From positions 3,783 through 67,782 of the forward strand of contig DAHUZB010000025.1 in the NCBI GenBank assembly GCA_027306785.1: a stretch of DNA of 64,000 nucleotides, given 5' to 3'. The position numbers and the translations under genes are program-made. How positions within the stretch are numbered: position 1 is the stretch's first letter; the number at the start of each line of letters is the position of its first letter. This document shows, piece after piece, positions 1 through 12,878 of this stretch. Below the pieces are notes generated by a model. That model saw only the letters and a list, made by a program, of their open reading frames with translations. It had not been told where the DNA came from and did no database searches. Source of the stretch: Vulcanimicrobiota bacterium (lineage in GTDB: Bacteria; Vulcanimicrobiota; Vulcanimicrobiia; Vulcanimicrobiales; Vulcanimicrobiaceae).

Positions 1-776
1 TGCGCGGTCGTAACGCGAGCGATCGTTTTGAGCGCGTACGACGGAGGCACGTTATGCACGTTCCCGGCGACCAGTTGCAGGCGCGCATTGGAATAGCTCG
101 TTCCGCTCTCGTTGGTCAGCGTGACGAAGCCGAGCAGATTCATGTGCGAGCGATCGGCGGAGATCGTGGCGACGTAGTTCGCCGACCAGCTCAAGCCCCG
201 CGTCAGGTACGCGAGATCGAGCGTCTGCGGACCGCCGCGCGCGCTCTGCAGATCGATGCCGAGGGTCGGTCGATCGCGAAGACTCGGCGGAACGCGGGGA
301 AATTCGATGTACCCGTCGAGCTGTGTCTCGATGCGATTCCGATACTGCAGCACGATGCCGCCGTCGACGTTGAGAATCTTCGCCCATTCGCGACGCGGAC
401 GCTCGCCCGCAAAGCGCGCGGGATGGACGACGATCACCTCGCTTCCCACGTATTTGCGCAGAAGCGAATCTTGGTTCAGCACGTCGTAATCGAAGTTTTG
501 CTCGATCACGCTCACGCCGCCGTTCGGATCGAGCGAGGCGAGGATCGCGGAGGTAGGATCCATCTTCGCGCTGACGTCACGCCAGGCGACGGAGTTCCGT
601 CCCGCACGCAGCATGATGCGGCGTCGATCGTGCACGAGCGCGTTCGAATCGTTATAGACGGTGAGGTTCACCGACTGCTGATCGCGCAGAGAGCTGGTCC
701 GTTCGGGAACCGGTGCAGCCGTTGCCGATGCGGCGCCGACCAATACCGCACAGAGCAGAAGTGCGAACGTTTTCAT
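1..776 (-). CDS. DUF4139-like secreted protein (N-terminal part; gene runs off the window start)
   Basis: Absent from the ORF track because it has no in-window stop. My reverse-strand translation from the ATG (complement of 774-776) gives MKTFALLLCAVLVGAASATAAPVPE (signal peptide), then ..NLTVYNDSNALVHDRR..LDLAYLTRGLSWSANYVA.., open to position 1. The family assignment is from memory. Confidence 0.5.
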   Translation of the reverse strand, partial: MKTFALLLCAVLVGAASATAAPVPERTSSLRDQQSVNLTVYNDSNALVHDRRRIMLRAGRNSVAWRDVSAKMDPTSAILASLDPNGGVSVIEQNFDYDVLNQDSLLRKYVGSEVIVVHPARFAGERPRREWAKILNVDGGIVLQYRNRIETQLDGYIEFPRVPPSLRDRPTLGIDLQSARGGPQTLDLAYLTRGLSWSANYVATISADRSHMNLLGFVTLTNESGTSYSNARLQLVAGNVHNVPPSYALKTIARVTTA

Positions 777-825
777 GCCCGGCGAACGCGCATCGTCACA
801 ACGGTGTGACGACGCGCCCTAGATC

Positions 826-2073
826 TTACAGATCGTGTTCGCCGGGATCGTAATAGCGACGGCCTCGCAGATTGTCGGGGAGATTCTCTTGCTTCACGCC
901 GTAGTCGTCGTGCGCATAGTGATAGTCGCGACCGTAGCCGAGCTGCTTCATCAAGCCGGTCGGCGCGTTGCGTAGATGCATCGGCACCGGATCGTTGCGG
1001 GTCTCTTGCACGTCGCTCATCGCGGCCTTGTAGGCGCGTCCCACGCTGTTGCTCTTGGGCGCCTTCGCGAGATAGAGCGTCGCGTGCGAGAGCGGGTAGA
1101 ACCCTTCGGGCATCCCGACGAAATGCACGGCCTGCTGCGCGGCGATCGCGACTTGGATCGCCTGCGGATCGGCGAGTCCCACGTCTTCGGAAGCGAGAAT
1201 CACGAGACGGCGCGCGAGAAAGAGCGGCTCTTCGCCCGCGTCGATCATGCGGGCGAGCCAATAGATCGCCGCATCGGCGTCGCTTGCGCGAATGCTCTTG
1301 ATGAATGCGCTGATCGTATCGTAGTGCCCGTCGCCGCCCTTATCGTACGTGGAGCCGCGCTTTTGCAGTGCCTCCATGACGTGCCGACGATCGATCGCGC
1401 GTGCACCGTCGATCTCGGGTGCCGCATCGGCCGCAAACTCGAGGGCCGAGAGCGCGAAACGCGCGTCGCCGTTGGCGTAGCCGATCAGCGTCTCGCGCGC
1501 GTCGGGATCGAGCCGTACGTGCATCCCGCCCAGACCGCGCTGCGGATCGGCGAGCGCGCGATCGACGAGCGCACCGATCTCGTCATCGCCGAGCGCTTTG
1601 AGCACGAAGACGCGTGCGCGGGAGAGCAGCGCGGAGTTCACTTCGAACGACGGATTCTCGGTGGTGGCGCCGATCAGCGTCACCGTGCCGTCCTCGACGT
1701 ACGGCAAAATGGCGTCTTGCTGTCCCTTGTTGAAGCGGTGGATCTCGTCAATGAAGAGCACGGTGCGCCCGCCCACACGCTTGCGCCCCTGCGCCTCCCC
1801 GACGACGCGCCGCAGATCGGCCACGCCCGCGCTCACCGCGGAAACCTTCTCGAAGTGCGCGCCGGTGGAACGAGCGATAATCTCGGCGAGCGTGGTCTTG
1901 CCGGTGCCGGGCGGACCCCACAGGATCATCGACGGGATGCGATCGCTCGCGATCGCGCGGCGCAGCGCACGCCCTTCGCCGACGATCTCATGCTGCCCGA
2001 CATACTCTTCCAGCGTGCGCGGGCGCATGCGGGCGGCGAGAGGCGCTTGCGGTTCGCCGAAGAGCGAGTCCAT
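826..2073 (-). CDS. rarA: Replication-associated recombination protein A (AAA+ ATPase)
   Basis: 415-aa ORF with Walker A motif GPPGTGKTT and an N-terminus (RPRTLEEYVGQ) typical of RarA/MgsA. Confidence 0.9.
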   Translation of the reverse strand: MDSLFGEPQAPLAARMRPRTLEEYVGQHEIVGEGRALRRAIASDRIPSMILWGPPGTGKTTLAEIIARSTGAHFEKVSAVSAGVADLRRVVGEAQGRKRVGGRTVLFIDEIHRFNKGQQDAILPYVEDGTVTLIGATTENPSFEVNSALLSRARVFVLKALGDDEIGALVDRALADPQRGLGGMHVRLDPDARETLIGYANGDARFALSALEFAADAAPEIDGARAIDRRHVMEALQKRGSTYDKGGDGHYDTISAFIKSIRASDADAAIYWLARMIDAGEEPLFLARRLVILASEDVGLADPQAIQVAIAAQQAVHFVGMPEGFYPLSHATLYLAKAPKSNSVGRAYKAAMSDVQETRNDPVPMHLRNAPTGLMKQLGYGRDYHYAHDDYGVKQENLPDNLRGRRYYDPGEHDL

Positions 2074-2078
2074 CGACG

Positions 2079-2761
2079 TTACGGCGCAGACGAAGGCGTC
2101 GGCTGCGGTTTGCGCTTTTCGAGCGGGTTTTTGATGATGATCGGCTTCGGCGTGGCGAAGTGCGGATTGACGTTGCTCGGGAACTGCATCACTACATTGC
2201 CCTCGGCATGCGCCTGCCCCGAGACGGTGTTGTAGAGCACGTGATCGGCCGTCATGTGACGGTCGCCTTGATTGATATGCACGTTGCCGGTGAGATCGAG
2301 CTCGTGCGTCGTATCGTTCAGCACGCCCTTTGCCGCATCGACGGTGGTATCGGCCTGCACGTAATGCACGTTGCCGGTCGCCGTATACACCTTGGCGGTC
2401 CCGTCGATCTGCACTTCGTCGGCGGTGAGCGTAGCAGGCCCGCGTGACTGCGACGGTTTCACGCTCGAGAGTCCGGCGAAGTTGCCCTGCGCATCGTGCA
2501 TCACCACGTGACCGTAGAGATGCATGATCTTGCTCTTGTAGTTACCGTTCGAACGATCGGCGGTGATATCGCCGCCGTCACGCGTCATCGTCACGCGGTT
2601 CGGCGTGCTGAACTCGCCGGTTTTAAAATTGGCATCGACCGGTGACGTGTTGATCGTCCAGACGCCGACCTTGAACGACGGCGGCGTGGCCGAGGACGGC
2701 GACGGCTTCGGTGTGGCGCCGAGGAGCGCGGCGGCGGCGGCGAGAGCGATGAGCGGGCGAA

Positions 2762-2765
<4 letters not shown>
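2079..2765 (-). CDS. LptA/OstA-like periplasmic protein
   Basis: Signal peptide followed by repetitive beta-strand sequence (..ADHVLYNTVSGQAHAEGNVVM..) typical of the OstA-like fold. Confidence 0.55.
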
Positions 2766-4403
<1,638 letters not shown>

Positions 4404-4450
4404 CTACGAAATATTGCGATAAACGATAGATGATGACGTGATGAGAGGCG

Positions 4451-5806
4451 TCAGCTCGCGGCCGAGCTCACGTGCGGATACTCCCGCGTATCGGAGAGTC
4501 CGCCGGGTTCCACGAGCGGGATCACGCCGCTCGAACGCTGCACCTGCGCGCCCAGTTCCGAGAGCATCTCTTCGAAGCGGTAGTAGCCGCGATCGATGTA
4601 CTCGAGCCCGATGATCTCGGTCTCGCCCGCCGCCGCGAGGCCCGCGACCACGAGCGCGGCGCCCGCACGAATATCGGGCGCCTCGACCGGCGCGCCGGAG
4701 AGCTGCGCCACGCCCTTGACCACCGCGGTATTGCTCTCCATCGAGACGCGTACGTCGGCACCCATGCGCGCGAGTTCGTTCACGTACGAAAAGCGCGCGT
4801 TGAAGATCGATTCTTCCACCACGCTGTTGCCCGGCGCGGTGCAGAGGTATGCGACCATCTGCGGCTGCAGATCGGTGGGAAAGCCCGGATACGGTGCGGT
4901 GAGAATATCGGTGCCGCCGGTGATGGTGCTGCCGTCGACGCGAATCCAATCGTCGCCGAAGGTGAGATCCACGCCGCACTCCTGCAGCTTCACCATGAAC
5001 GCTTCGAGATGGCTCGGATTGCACTTCGTTACGGTGACGTCGCCGCGCGTAACCGCGCCCGCGACGAGCAGCGTGCCGGTCACGATACGATCCGGAATGA
5101 TCTCGTACTCGACGCCGTGCAATTCTTCCACGCCTTCGATGGTGACGGTGTCGGTGCCGAGCCCGGTGATCTTCGCGCCCATCGCGTTGAGGAAGTTGCC
5201 GAGATCGATCACCTCGGGCTCCATCGCGACGTTCACGATCGTGCTCGTACCCTCGGCGAGCACCGCGGCGAGCATGGCATTCTTCGTCGCACCGACGCTC
5301 GGCAGGCGAAACTCGATGCGCGCACCGTGCATACGCCGATGCTTGGATTCGGCGATCAGGTAGCCGTGCGCGTTGCGCACGTCGCAACCGAGTGCGATGA
5401 ACGCTTGCTCGTGCATGTCGGTCGCGCGCGTTCCCAAAATGCAGCCGCCGGGCAGCGGCACTTCGGCGCGCCCGAAGCGCCCGAGCAGCGGACCGACGAT
5501 ATCGAACGAGGCGGCGAGCTTACGCACGAGGGCGTACGGCGCGCGATAGGACGCGACGTTGCTCGAATCGATCGTGACCGTGTTGTCGCCTTCGTAGCGG
5601 ATGCGCGCGCCGAGCGCTTCGAGCAGCGACCACATAACCGAGACGTCGGTGATACGCGGCACGCGGTGCAGCGTGACCGTACCTTTGGCGAGCAATGCGG
5701 CAGCCATGATCGGCAACGCGGCGTTCTTCGCGCCGTGCGTTGCGACCGAGCCTTCCAAACGGGCGCCGCCGCGCACCCGCAACGTGGTCTCCAGACGATC
5801 GAGCAT
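4451..5806 (-). CDS. murA: UDP-N-acetylglucosamine 1-carboxyvinyltransferase
   Basis: The conserved MurA sequence begins at MLDRLETTLRVRGGARLEGSV.., which is the internal Met of the 504-aa track ORF (ATG complement 5804-5806). The Arg/Ser-rich upstream extension looks like a non-coding read-through. Confidence 0.9.
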   Translation of the reverse strand: MLDRLETTLRVRGGARLEGSVATHGAKNAALPIMAAALLAKGTVTLHRVPRITDVSVMWSLLEALGARIRYEGDNTVTIDSSNVASYRAPYALVRKLAASFDIVGPLLGRFGRAEVPLPGGCILGTRATDMHEQAFIALGCDVRNAHGYLIAESKHRRMHGARIEFRLPSVGATKNAMLAAVLAEGTSTIVNVAMEPEVIDLGNFLNAMGAKITGLGTDTVTIEGVEELHGVEYEIIPDRIVTGTLLVAGAVTRGDVTVTKCNPSHLEAFMVKLQECGVDLTFGDDWIRVDGSTITGGTDILTAPYPGFPTDLQPQMVAYLCTAPGNSVVEESIFNARFSYVNELARMGADVRVSMESNTAVVKGVAQLSGAPVEAPDIRAGAALVVAGLAAAGETEIIGLEYIDRGYYRFEEMLSELGAQVQRSSGVIPLVEPGGLSDTREYPHVSSAAS

Positions 5807-5822
5807 TCCGGGCCAAAGATTC

Positions 5823-5851
5823 GCGGGGCGCCGTTGGCGCCCCGCTTTTTT
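5823..5851. terminator. GC-rich hairpin between the atpC stop and the murA start
   Basis: GCGGGGCGCC-GTT-GGCGCCCCGC with TTTTTT on the plus strand and GAATCTTT on the minus (atp-sense) strand. Confidence 0.5.
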
Positions 5852-5855
5852 CGCT

Positions 5856-6269
5856 TTACGTGTGGCCGGTGAGCCGGAGTTTCGCGTTCGCGAAATCGAC
5901 GACTGCTTGCTCGCGAGCGAACTGCTCGCCGGTGGCGGTCTTCTGCCGCTCGAGCGCGCGATCACGTTCTTCCTTTGCCGCGGCCACGTCCACGTCGTCG
6001 AAGCGCAGCGCCTCGTCGACCAGGACCGTCAGGCGATCGGGAAGCGCCTGCAGGAAGCCTTCGCCGGTCGCGAGCTCCAGGCGCTCGCTCTTCCCCTCGG
6101 CCTGCACGTTCGCGCGCAGGACGCCCGGCTTGAGCGCCGCCAGGAACGGAGCGTGACTGGGAAGGATGCCCTCTTCACCCTCGGTCGTGACCGCGATCAC
6201 GAGCTCCGCAGCACCGTCGAAGATCACCTTCGTCGGCGTGATGAGCTTGAACGGAATCGTCGAGGCCAT
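5856..6269 (-). CDS. atpC: F1 ATP synthase epsilon subunit
   Basis: 137 aa, directly downstream of atpD, with a typical epsilon N-terminal beta-sandwich sequence. Confidence 0.9.
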   Translation of the reverse strand: MASTIPFKLITPTKVIFDGAAELVIAVTTEGEEGILPSHAPFLAALKPGVLRANVQAEGKSERLELATGEGFLQALPDRLTVLVDEALRFDDVDVAAAKEERDRALERQKTATGEQFAREQAVVDFANAKLRLTGHT

Positions 6270-6272
6270 CGT

Positions 6273-7799
<1,527 letters not shown>

Positions 7800-8666
7800 T
7801 CAACCGTTGACGAGCGCTTCAGCGCCGCCGACGATTTCGAGCAATTCTTTGGTGATCGCGGCCTGACGCGCGTTGTTCATCTGAATCGTCAATTCGTCGA
7901 TCAGTTTACCCGCGTTATCCGTCGCGTTGTTCATCGCGAGCAATTGAGCCGCGAAGAACGCCGCGTCGGTCTCGAGCATCGCCGAGAAGATCGTGAATTC
8001 GAGGTACTTCGGCAGCAGTCGCGAGAGCACGGCCTCCGGCGACGGCGCGAACTCGACCGCCCCCTTCGGGCAGGCCTGCTCGCCGCCCGCGACCGCGTCG
8101 CGCGCGATCGGTACGAGGGCGCGCGTCTCTGGCTTCTGCGAGAGCATCGAGATCAGCTTCGGCGAGATCAACGTGATGTTCGAAATCTTGCCTGCAACGA
8201 AATCGTCGGTCACGCGATGCGCAACTTCACGCGCGGCCTCGATCTTCGACGGTGCGTTGAGCACCCACGTCGGGTGATCCGGGTGTCCCGAACGGCGCAC
8301 GAAATTGCGCGCCTTGACACCGACCGTGTACCACGCGACCTGCGGGGTGGCGCGCACGTAGAGCTCGCCCGCGCGGATGATGTTCGAGTTGAACGCGCCC
8401 GCGAGGCCTTTATCGGCGGTCATCAGGATGAGCCCGTGCGGCGCGCTCGCGTTGCCCGGCTTCATGAACGGATGATCCACGCTGCCCACGCTCGCCATCA
8501 GGTCGCGCAGCATCTCGGAAAGCGTGTCCGCGTAGGGACGCGCTTCCTTCTGCGCCTGCTCCGCGCGGCGGATCTTGGCCGCGGCGACTTGCTTCATCGC
8601 CTTGGTGATCTGCTGCGTGTTCTTCAGCGAGCGAATCCGCTCGCGAAGATCCTTTACGCTCGGCAT
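7800..8666 (-). CDS. atpG: F1 ATP synthase gamma subunit
   Basis: 288 aa. The N-terminus (MPSVKDLRERIRSLKNTQQITKAMKQVAAAK) and C-terminus (ITKELLEIVGGAEAL) are gamma signatures. Confidence 0.93.
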   Translation of the reverse strand: MPSVKDLRERIRSLKNTQQITKAMKQVAAAKIRRAEQAQKEARPYADTLSEMLRDLMASVGSVDHPFMKPGNASAPHGLILMTADKGLAGAFNSNIIRAGELYVRATPQVAWYTVGVKARNFVRRSGHPDHPTWVLNAPSKIEAAREVAHRVTDDFVAGKISNITLISPKLISMLSQKPETRALVPIARDAVAGGEQACPKGAVEFAPSPEAVLSRLLPKYLEFTIFSAMLETDAAFFAAQLLAMNNATDNAGKLIDELTIQMNNARQAAITKELLEIVGGAEALVNG

Positions 8667-8705
8667 CCTTCGACTACGCCTTCCGGGCTTCGCTCAGGAT
8701 GACAC
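8666..8705 (-). repeat. Dispersed repeat motif, copy B (split variant)
   Basis: The reverse strand reads GTGTCATCCTGAGC-gaagcccggaaggcgta-GTCGAAGGA. Its last base is the A of the atpG ATG. Confidence 0.5.
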
Positions 8706-8748
8706 GGCGCATCCATGCGCCTTGCGTGTCGTTGCGAAAGCTCATCAT

Positions 8749-10251
8749 TTAGAAGCTCTTATTGAACTCGGTGAGCGCGGCGTTGAGCTTCTGCTTGGTC
8801 TCGTCGGAGAGCTGACCGCTCTCGGCGATCGCCTTCGGCACGTCCGCGTGCTTGTTATGCAGGAACATGATGAAACGCTTCGCCCAATCTTGCAGACGCG
8901 CGGTCGGGATATCGTTGACGTAGCCGTTTGTCGCACCGTAAAGGATCGCGACCTGATCTTCGGTTGCCTGCGGCTGATACTGCGGCTGCTTCAGGAGCTC
9001 GGTGAGCTTCTCACCGCGCAGTAGCTGCATCTGCGTCGACTTGTCGAGATCGCTCGCGAGCTTCGCGAAGGCCGCGAGATCGCGGTACTGCGCGAGTTCG
9101 AGCTTGAGCGGACCGGCGACGCCCTTCATCGCCTTGGTCTGCGCCGAACCGCCGACGCGCGAGACCGAGAGACCGACGTTGACGGCCGGACGAATGCCCT
9201 GGAAGAAGAGCTCCGGCGTGAGGTAGATCTGACCGTCGGTGATCGAGATCACGTTGGTCGGAATGTAGGCCGAGAAGTCGCCCGCCTGCGTCTCGATGAT
9301 CGGCAGCGCCGTCATCGATCCGCCGCCGAGTTCGTCGGAGAGCTTCGCCGCGCGCTCGAGCAGACGCGAATGGAGGAAGAAGACGTCGCCCGGATAGGCT
9401 TCGCGGCCCGGCGGACGGCGGAGCAGCAGTGCCATCTCGCGATAGGACTGCGCGTGTTTGGTGAGATCATCGTAAATGATCAGCACGTCTTTGCCGCCGT
9501 ACATGAGCTCTTCACCCATCGCGGCGCCCGAGAACGGCGCGATCCAGCGCAGCGCGGCCGCTTCGGACGGACCGACGGCGACGATGGTGGTGTACTCCAT
9601 CGCGCCCTTCTGTTCGAGCGTCTGCGCGAGCGCGGCGACGGTCGAGTTCTTCTGACCGATCGCGACGTAGATGCAGAAGACGTTGCGGCCCTTCTGGTTG
9701 ATGATCGTGTCGATCGCGATCGCGGTCTTACCGGTCGAACGGTCGCCGATGATCAGCTCGCGCTGCCCCTTGCCGATCGGGATCAACGCGTCGATCGCGC
9801 GGATACCCGTGGGCAGCGGCTGCTTGACGCCCTGGCGCTCGACGACGGTCGGCGCGACGTTCTCGATCGTGCGATATTTATTGGTGTTGATCGGGCCTTT
9901 GCCGTCGACCGGCTGGCCGAGCGGATTCACGACGCGACCGAGGAGCGCTTCGCCGACCGGCACCGACGCGATGCGTCCCGTGCGGCGGACCTTGTCGCCT
10001 TCCTTGATCTCTTGGTCGTCGCCCATGATCACGACGCCGACGTTGTCCTCTTCGAGATTCAGCGCCACGCCCTGCAGGCCGTTGCCGAACTCGACGAGCT
10101 CCGACGCTTTCACGCCGCGCAGTCCGTAGATGCGCGCGAGGTTCGCACCGACCTCGATTACCGTGCCGACTTCGTCTTCTTGAACCTCAGCCTTGAAGCC
10201 CGCGATCTGCTGCTTCAGGATTCCGGCGATTTCGTCTGCGTTGATCATCAA
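8749..10251 (-). CDS. atpA: F1 ATP synthase alpha subunit
   Basis: Walker A motif GDRSTGKTA and conserved alpha sequence. Confidence 0.97.
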   Translation of the reverse strand: MMINADEIAGILKQQIAGFKAEVQEDEVGTVIEVGANLARIYGLRGVKASELVEFGNGLQGVALNLEEDNVGVVIMGDDQEIKEGDKVRRTGRIASVPVGEALLGRVVNPLGQPVDGKGPINTNKYRTIENVAPTVVERQGVKQPLPTGIRAIDALIPIGKGQRELIIGDRSTGKTAIAIDTIINQKGRNVFCIYVAIGQKNSTVAALAQTLEQKGAMEYTTIVAVGPSEAAALRWIAPFSGAAMGEELMYGGKDVLIIYDDLTKHAQSYREMALLLRRPPGREAYPGDVFFLHSRLLERAAKLSDELGGGSMTALPIIETQAGDFSAYIPTNVISITDGQIYLTPELFFQGIRPAVNVGLSVSRVGGSAQTKAMKGVAGPLKLELAQYRDLAAFAKLASDLDKSTQMQLLRGEKLTELLKQPQYQPQATEDQVAILYGATNGYVNDIPTARLQDWAKRFIMFLHNKHADVPKAIAESGQLSDETKQKLNAALTEFNKSF

Positions 10252-10268
10252 TCAGTTCCTAAGCGATG

Positions 10269-10811
10269 TTAGTTGTGAGCGAACAGCGTTCGCGTCAGTT
10301 CTTCCAGTCGGCCGGCGACCGAGCCGTCGACGCGGCGATCGCCCATGGTGAGGCGCACGCCGCCGATGAGCGCGGGATCGAGCTTCACCGTCACGTCGAA
10401 TTTCTTGCCGTACGCGCGCTCGAGGCGTTCCACCATGGCGCGCAGTTCGTCGGCACCGAGCTCCTTGGCCGTCGTCACCACCAACGGCTCGGCCCCGCGC
10501 GCGGCGAGTTCGAGCTTGCGATACTCGGCGACCAGCTCGCCCAGCAGCGTCTCGCGACGCTTGCGCACGAGCAGCAGCACCGTGTGCAGAGCGACGTCGT
10601 GCACCTTGCCCTCGAAGGCGGCGAGGAGCACGCGCTCCTTGTCTTTGCGATCGATGATCGGCGCCACGAAGAAATTCTTCGTCGAGGCGTCTTCGTCGAT
10701 GGCACGCTGCACCGCAGCGAGATCCGTGCCCACGCGATCGATCACGTTCGCATCGCTCGCGAGCGAGAACACGGCCGTGGCATAGCGGCGGGCGAGAGTT
10801 TCGTTGGCCAT
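10269..10811 (-). CDS. atpH: F1 ATP synthase delta (OSCP) subunit
   Basis: 180 aa, lies between the b and alpha subunits, with an N-terminus typical of delta (LARRYATAVFSLA). Confidence 0.85.
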   Translation of the reverse strand: MANETLARRYATAVFSLASDANVIDRVGTDLAAVQRAIDEDASTKNFFVAPIIDRKDKERVLLAAFEGKVHDVALHTVLLLVRKRRETLLGELVAEYRKLELAARGAEPLVVTTAKELGADELRAMVERLERAYGKKFDVTVKLDPALIGGVRLTMGDRRVDGSVAGRLEELTRTLFAHN

Positions 10812-10814
10812 GTC

Positions 10815-11300
10815 CTACTTCTCCGCCTCGATCGACGAGACGAACCGGCTCACGAGCGCGGCATTGAGCGAAGCATCGACCCGTTGCGCCGCCTTTGACC
10901 GCGCGACGCGCAGGGCACGCTCGAGCAGATCGACGCGCAGCTGATCGCGCGCGGCATTGCGCGCACGCTCGAGCTCCCCGGACGCGTTACGAACGGCGCG
11001 TTCGCCGCTCTCGCGCGCCTCGGCGATCGTGGCGTCCTTCTCGCGCGAGGCCTGCTCGACGGCGCGCTGACGAATCAGCTCGGCGTCGCGCTGGGCACCC
11101 ACGATCTCACCGCGCAGCGCATCGAGCGAGGCCTTCGCCTCGTCGCGATGCCGTTCGGCTTCGGCGAGCTGCTTGTTGTGGCTCTGCTGCGCGGCGAGCA
11201 CGGCGGGCTGCAGGTACTTGAACCACAGCCACACCAGCACGACGATGAAGAGCAGCGCCGAGATGACCTGGCTCCAAACGGCGATCTGTTCGTAATTCAC
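10815..11300 (-). CDS. atpF: Fo ATP synthase subunit b
   Basis: A single N-terminal TM helix followed by a long charged Ala/Arg/Glu helix. The operon position fits. Confidence 0.8.
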   Translation of the reverse strand: MNYEQIAVWSQVISALLFIVVLVWLWFKYLQPAVLAAQQSHNKQLAEAERHRDEAKASLDALRGEIVGAQRDAELIRQRAVEQASREKDATIAEARESGERAVRNASGELERARNAARDQLRVDLLERALRVARSKAAQRVDASLNAALVSRFVSSIEAEK

Positions 11301-11728
11301 TTCGCCGCCTCCAGAACGGTCCGCTCGACCATCAAATCGGCGAGCTGCGTCACGACCTGTTCTTCGTTCGCACGCGCCGTTTGCAGTTCGCTCGCGGCGG
11401 TCGCGTGCGCCGATTCGACGGCCGACTGCACCTTCGCGGCATACTGCGCGGCGAGTTCGGCCGACGCATTCGAAGCCTCGGCACGCGCCTTGGCGATCTG
11501 CGCCTCGGCATCGCGTCGCGCGGCGGCCCGAACCTCGTCGGCCTGCGCGCGAAGCGATTTCGCCTCGGCTTGATACGTGTCGTAATCCGCGGTCACGCTA
11601 TCGATGTAGGCGCGACGCTTGCGGATCGCGTTGCCGACCGGACGCAAGAACAGCACGTTCAACAACGCGAAGAAGATCGCGAAGTTGATGAGCTGTACGA
11701 CGAGCGTCCCGTCTAACGAGAGAAACAT
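11297..11728 (-). CDS. Fo ATP synthase subunit b' (second b-type subunit)
   Basis: Same architecture as subunit b. It has a 4-nt overlap with atpF and lies between subunits c and b. Confidence 0.75.
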   Translation of the reverse strand: MFLSLDGTLVVQLINFAIFFALLNVLFLRPVGNAIRKRRAYIDSVTADYDTYQAEAKSLRAQADEVRAAARRDAEAQIAKARAEASNASAELAAQYAAKVQSAVESAHATAASELQTARANEEQVVTQLADLMVERTVLEAAK

Positions 11729-11746
11729 GTCGCTTCCGCTGCGCGC

Positions 11747-12034
11747 TTACTTCGCGACGGTCGAGAGGTGGGTGAGGAGATCCGGAACCTTCACCACGAC
11801 GAGCAGCAGATAGAACGCGAGACCGAGCGCGATGATCGGGAACGCTTCCAGCACGCCGACGCCGAGGAAGAGGAACGTGAAGATGTTCGGACGGGCTTCC
11901 GGCTGACGGGCGATCGCCTCGACGGCCTTGCTTGCGACGATACCGTCGCCGACGGCCGAACCGAACGCGACGCCGGCAACGATGATGCCGAACGCGAGGA
12001 GGGTGAGGCCTGCAACCAACGCTTCAGAGCTCAA
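11747..12034 (-). CDS. atpE: Fo ATP synthase subunit c
   Basis: Two-TM hairpin with the RQPE loop and the carboxylate in GVGVLEAFPI. It carries an unusually long C-terminal tail of about 15 aa. Confidence 0.85.
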   Translation of the reverse strand: MSSEALVAGLTLLAFGIIVAGVAFGSAVGDGIVASKAVEAIARQPEARPNIFTFLFLGVGVLEAFPIIALGLAFYLLLVVVKVPDLLTHLSTVAK

Positions 12035-12061
12035 GAGCGTACCTTTCCTTCGAGTAGTGTC

Positions 12062-12793
12062 TTAATGGTCTTCCGCCGTCGCGAGCGATAGATACACGAT
12101 CGCGAGCAGCGTGAATACGAACGCTTGGACGGTGCCGACGAAGAAGTTGAAAAACTGGATCAAGAACGGCACAACGGTGACGGCGAGCGACAAATCGAAC
12201 GCGCCGATCTTCACGTGGGCGACCACGATCGACGCGATAATAATGAAGAGCAATTCGCCGACGAAGATATTGAAAAAGAGGCGCGCCGCCAGCGTCGCCG
12301 GACGCGCGAGCTCTTCGAGCAGGTTGATCGGCAGCAGCGCCCAGTTCGGCTTCGCAAGATGCGCGAGATGCTTGATCCCGTTCTGGCGGAACCCGACGAT
12401 CCACGTCATGAAGAAGACGATGAGCGCGAGCGGAACGGTCGTGTTCAAATCCGCGGTAGGCGAGCCGCCGAAGGGCAGACCGAGCACCTTGAACGGGAAC
12501 ATGCCGAACTGGTTCAGCAAAAAAATGAAGACGAAGAGCGCGATGAAGAACGGAATGAAGACTTCGCCCTTCGCGCCGAGCGCGCTCTTGGCCAAATCGG
12601 CGATATAGTCGATCACGCCCTCGAGAACGGTCTGACGCTTCGAGACGTACGCGGAACGATAGCTCACACCGACCCATGCGAAAAACGCCAGCGCGACGAT
12701 CATAACGAGCCACGTCGTCACGATCGTGTCTGCATGCACGGATCCGATTACCGGCAGCTGCCAGGTAATGTGTTCGCCGATTTGTTCGTGCAT
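12062..12793 (-). CDS. atpB: Fo ATP synthase subunit a
   Basis: Polytopic membrane protein with the conserved Arg region (ARPATLAARLFFNIFVGE). Confidence 0.9.
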   Translation of the reverse strand: MHEQIGEHITWQLPVIGSVHADTIVTTWLVMIVALAFFAWVGVSYRSAYVSKRQTVLEGVIDYIADLAKSALGAKGEVFIPFFIALFVFIFLLNQFGMFPFKVLGLPFGGSPTADLNTTVPLALIVFFMTWIVGFRQNGIKHLAHLAKPNWALLPINLLEELARPATLAARLFFNIFVGELLFIIIASIVVAHVKIGAFDLSLAVTVVPFLIQFFNFFVGTVQAFVFTLLAIVYLSLATAEDH

Positions 12794-12808
12794 CTATTAC
12801 CCCGACGC

Positions 12809-12829
12809 GGTCCTCAGCGCCTGAGGACC
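12809..12829 (-). other. Perfect 9-bp stem hairpin in the atpI-atpB spacer
   Basis: GGTCCTCAG-cgc-CTGAGGACC lies 16 nt upstream of the atpB ATG. A second small hairpin (AACGGagcgCCGTT) lies further upstream. Confidence 0.3.
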
Positions 12830-12878
12830 CTCTATATGTAAACGGCGCTCCGTTCTACGAACCGCGCGCCCCCCGTTT

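Noticed and set aside
783-812. An imperfect hairpin between rarA and the DUF4139-like gene, as a terminator.
   Set aside because: The stem has an internal mismatch and no U-tract follows on the transcribed (minus) strand.
4451-5965. Long N-terminal extensions of track ORFs: murA 504 aa, aspS 736 aa, smc 1366 aa, rnc 494 aa, rpiB 236 aa, the VOC protein 194 aa, atpI 241 aa and atpZ 153 aa.
   Set aside because: In each case the conserved family sequence begins at an internal start that abuts or overlaps the upstream gene's stop by 4 nt. The extension is Arg/Pro/Ser-rich and overlaps a real upstream gene.
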